Shown here in pieces: positions 63,371 through 64,000 of a stretch of DNA of 64,000 bases. The DNA comes from an uncultured Clostridia bacterium (lineage in GTDB: Bacteria; Bacillota; Clostridia; Christensenellales; UBA3700). The stretch spans positions 90,701 through 154,700 of the forward strand of contig CAMBZZ010000001.1 of NCBI GenBank assembly GCA_945872615.1, written 5' to 3'. The notes below the pieces were generated by a model. That model worked only from the letters and a program-made list of their open reading frames with translations, was not told the origin of the DNA and made no database searches. The first letter of the stretch is position 1, and each line of letters begins with the position of its first letter. The translations under genes were made by a program, and so were the position numbers.

Positions 63371-64000
63371 TTATTGGCGTTGAAACACTCCGTTGAGAGC
63401 GCAATATACCGCCCCCGTAACGCCCGCAGCGTTGCCAAGCGTCGCTCGTCTTAATTTCGCCGATATTTGCCTCTCGCAAGGCTCGCTCCATCTTTTCCAC
63501 CACAAGTCGCCAAGCTCCACCACTCCGCCGCCTACCAAAATAAGGTCGGGGTGATACTGCTCGCTAGCAATCTTGACAACCTTGGTAAAGTCTTCGAAAA
63601 AGCCTTTTAGTGCTTTAGTATACTTGCCGCTTTTGTTGCTAAACACTTCTCTTAGGTCGCCCGTAGCGGCACTCTTTTTGAGCCCCGTAGCCGAAACGTA
63701 ACATTCCGCACAACCTCTCTTGCCGCAAAAACACACTCTGTCGCCGTTAGGGTATAGAGCGTAGTGTCCAAGTCGCGTATCTACCACCGAGCCCTCGTCA
63801 AGCCGTCTGTCTACGAGCAACCCCGCGCCAAGCCCCGTGCCGAGAGTAAGCATCATCACCCTTTCGTATCCTACGCCCGCTCCGCAAAAGCACTCGGCAA
63901 CCAAAGCGCCGACGGCGTCGTTGACAACGGTGACCTTCGTACCGAGTTTTTTCGTTAGCACCTCGGAAAGTCTCAGTCCCGTAAAGCCCATAAGAGCGTC
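63371..64000 (-). CDS. ROK-family sugar kinase (NanK/glucokinase-like), 5' end outside the window
   Basis: ROK signature CFCGKRGCAECYVSATGL and a GTGLGAG loop. The reading frame continues to the window edge. Confidence 0.75.
   Translation of the reverse strand, partial: DALMGFTGLRLSEVLTKKLGTKVTVVNDAVGALVAECFCGAGVGYERVMMLTLGTGLGAGLLVDRRLDEGSVVDTRLGHYALYPNGDRVCFCGKRGCAECYVSATGLKKSAATGDLREVFSNKSGKYTKALKGFFEDFTKVVKIASEQYHPDLILVGGGVVELGDLWWKRWSEPCERQISAKLRRATLGNAAGVTGAVYCALNGVFQRQ

Overview
This 64-kb window looks like a chromosomal segment from a Bacillota (Clostridia-like) bacterium. That assignment rests on gene order such as yaaO-tmk-holB-yaaT, rex, greA-lysS and nfeD-floA. The content is mostly housekeeping and mostly on the minus strand. 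I recognised no transposase, integrase, rRNA or CRISPR array.

Layout:
- 1-8054: S10/spc ribosomal protein cluster (rpsJ through rplR, plus the first codons of rpsE).
- 8.2-11.6 kb: a visibly AT-rich islet directly upstream of the S10 promoter. It encodes a secreted C39-like cysteine peptidase and two tandem paralogs of a 138-aa membrane-anchored protein, followed by arrays of hairpin repeats.
- 11.6-14.5 kb: a DUF1858-like protein and a three-gene SPFH / zinc-ribbon / TM2 membrane module resembling B. subtilis ydjGHI.
- 14.9 kb: an unannotated 32-aa Cys/Lys-rich peptide gene.
- 15.1-15.6 kb: the largest hairpin-repeat array.
- 16-23 kb: aminotransferase, Lrp/AsnC regulator, YbiT-like ABC-F ATPase, MTA/SAH-deaminase-like amidohydrolase and purine nucleoside phosphorylase.
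- 22.9-28.7 kb: pyrBCFKDE.
- 28.9-35.6 kb: ferredoxin, ricT, holB, tmk, Orn/Lys/Arg-decarboxylase-like gene, lysS, greA, rex.
- 36-40.5 kb: ABC-2 exporter pair, a DnaD/DnaB-like primosome protein and dnaI.
- 40.5-43.1 kb: tRNA-Thr(GGU), a SLOG protein, two XRE regulators, a Fur-family regulator and a QueD/PTPS-like protein.
- 43.2-44.2 kb: a lipoprotein.
- 44.6-47.6 kb: cysK-metY, divergent from an Rrf2 regulator.
- 47.7-51.1 kb: a GH18 hydrolase divergent from a frameshifted GPH-family transporter.
- 51.3-52.6 kb: a cobalamin riboswitch upstream of DUF4430 and ECF-S-like genes.
- 52.7-57 kb: tandem GNAT (interrupted by an in-frame TGA), methyltransferase, ACT-domain protein, four-helix-bundle protein and a RumA-like methyltransferase.
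- 57-60 kb: small XRE module, cdd, PflX-like radical SAM enzyme and RimK-like ATP-grasp ligase.
- 60-64 kb: nfeD-floA-yqfB-like operon, a NanA-like lyase and a partial ROK kinase.

Most unusual signals:
1. A modular GTCATT...AATCTC hairpin-repeat family at four loci.
2. An intergenic motif, AAAAAGTCGATACGT, that is always co-oriented with the flanking genes.
3. An array of eight CATGAATT/AATTCATG half-sites next to the four-helix-bundle gene.
4. An L24 carrying a Cys4 zinc ribbon and a Lys/Ala-rich tail.
5. The peptidase and duplicated-paralog islet.

I did not recognise a complete known defence or mobile system. All family assignments come from reading motifs by eye and need HMM or BLAST confirmation.
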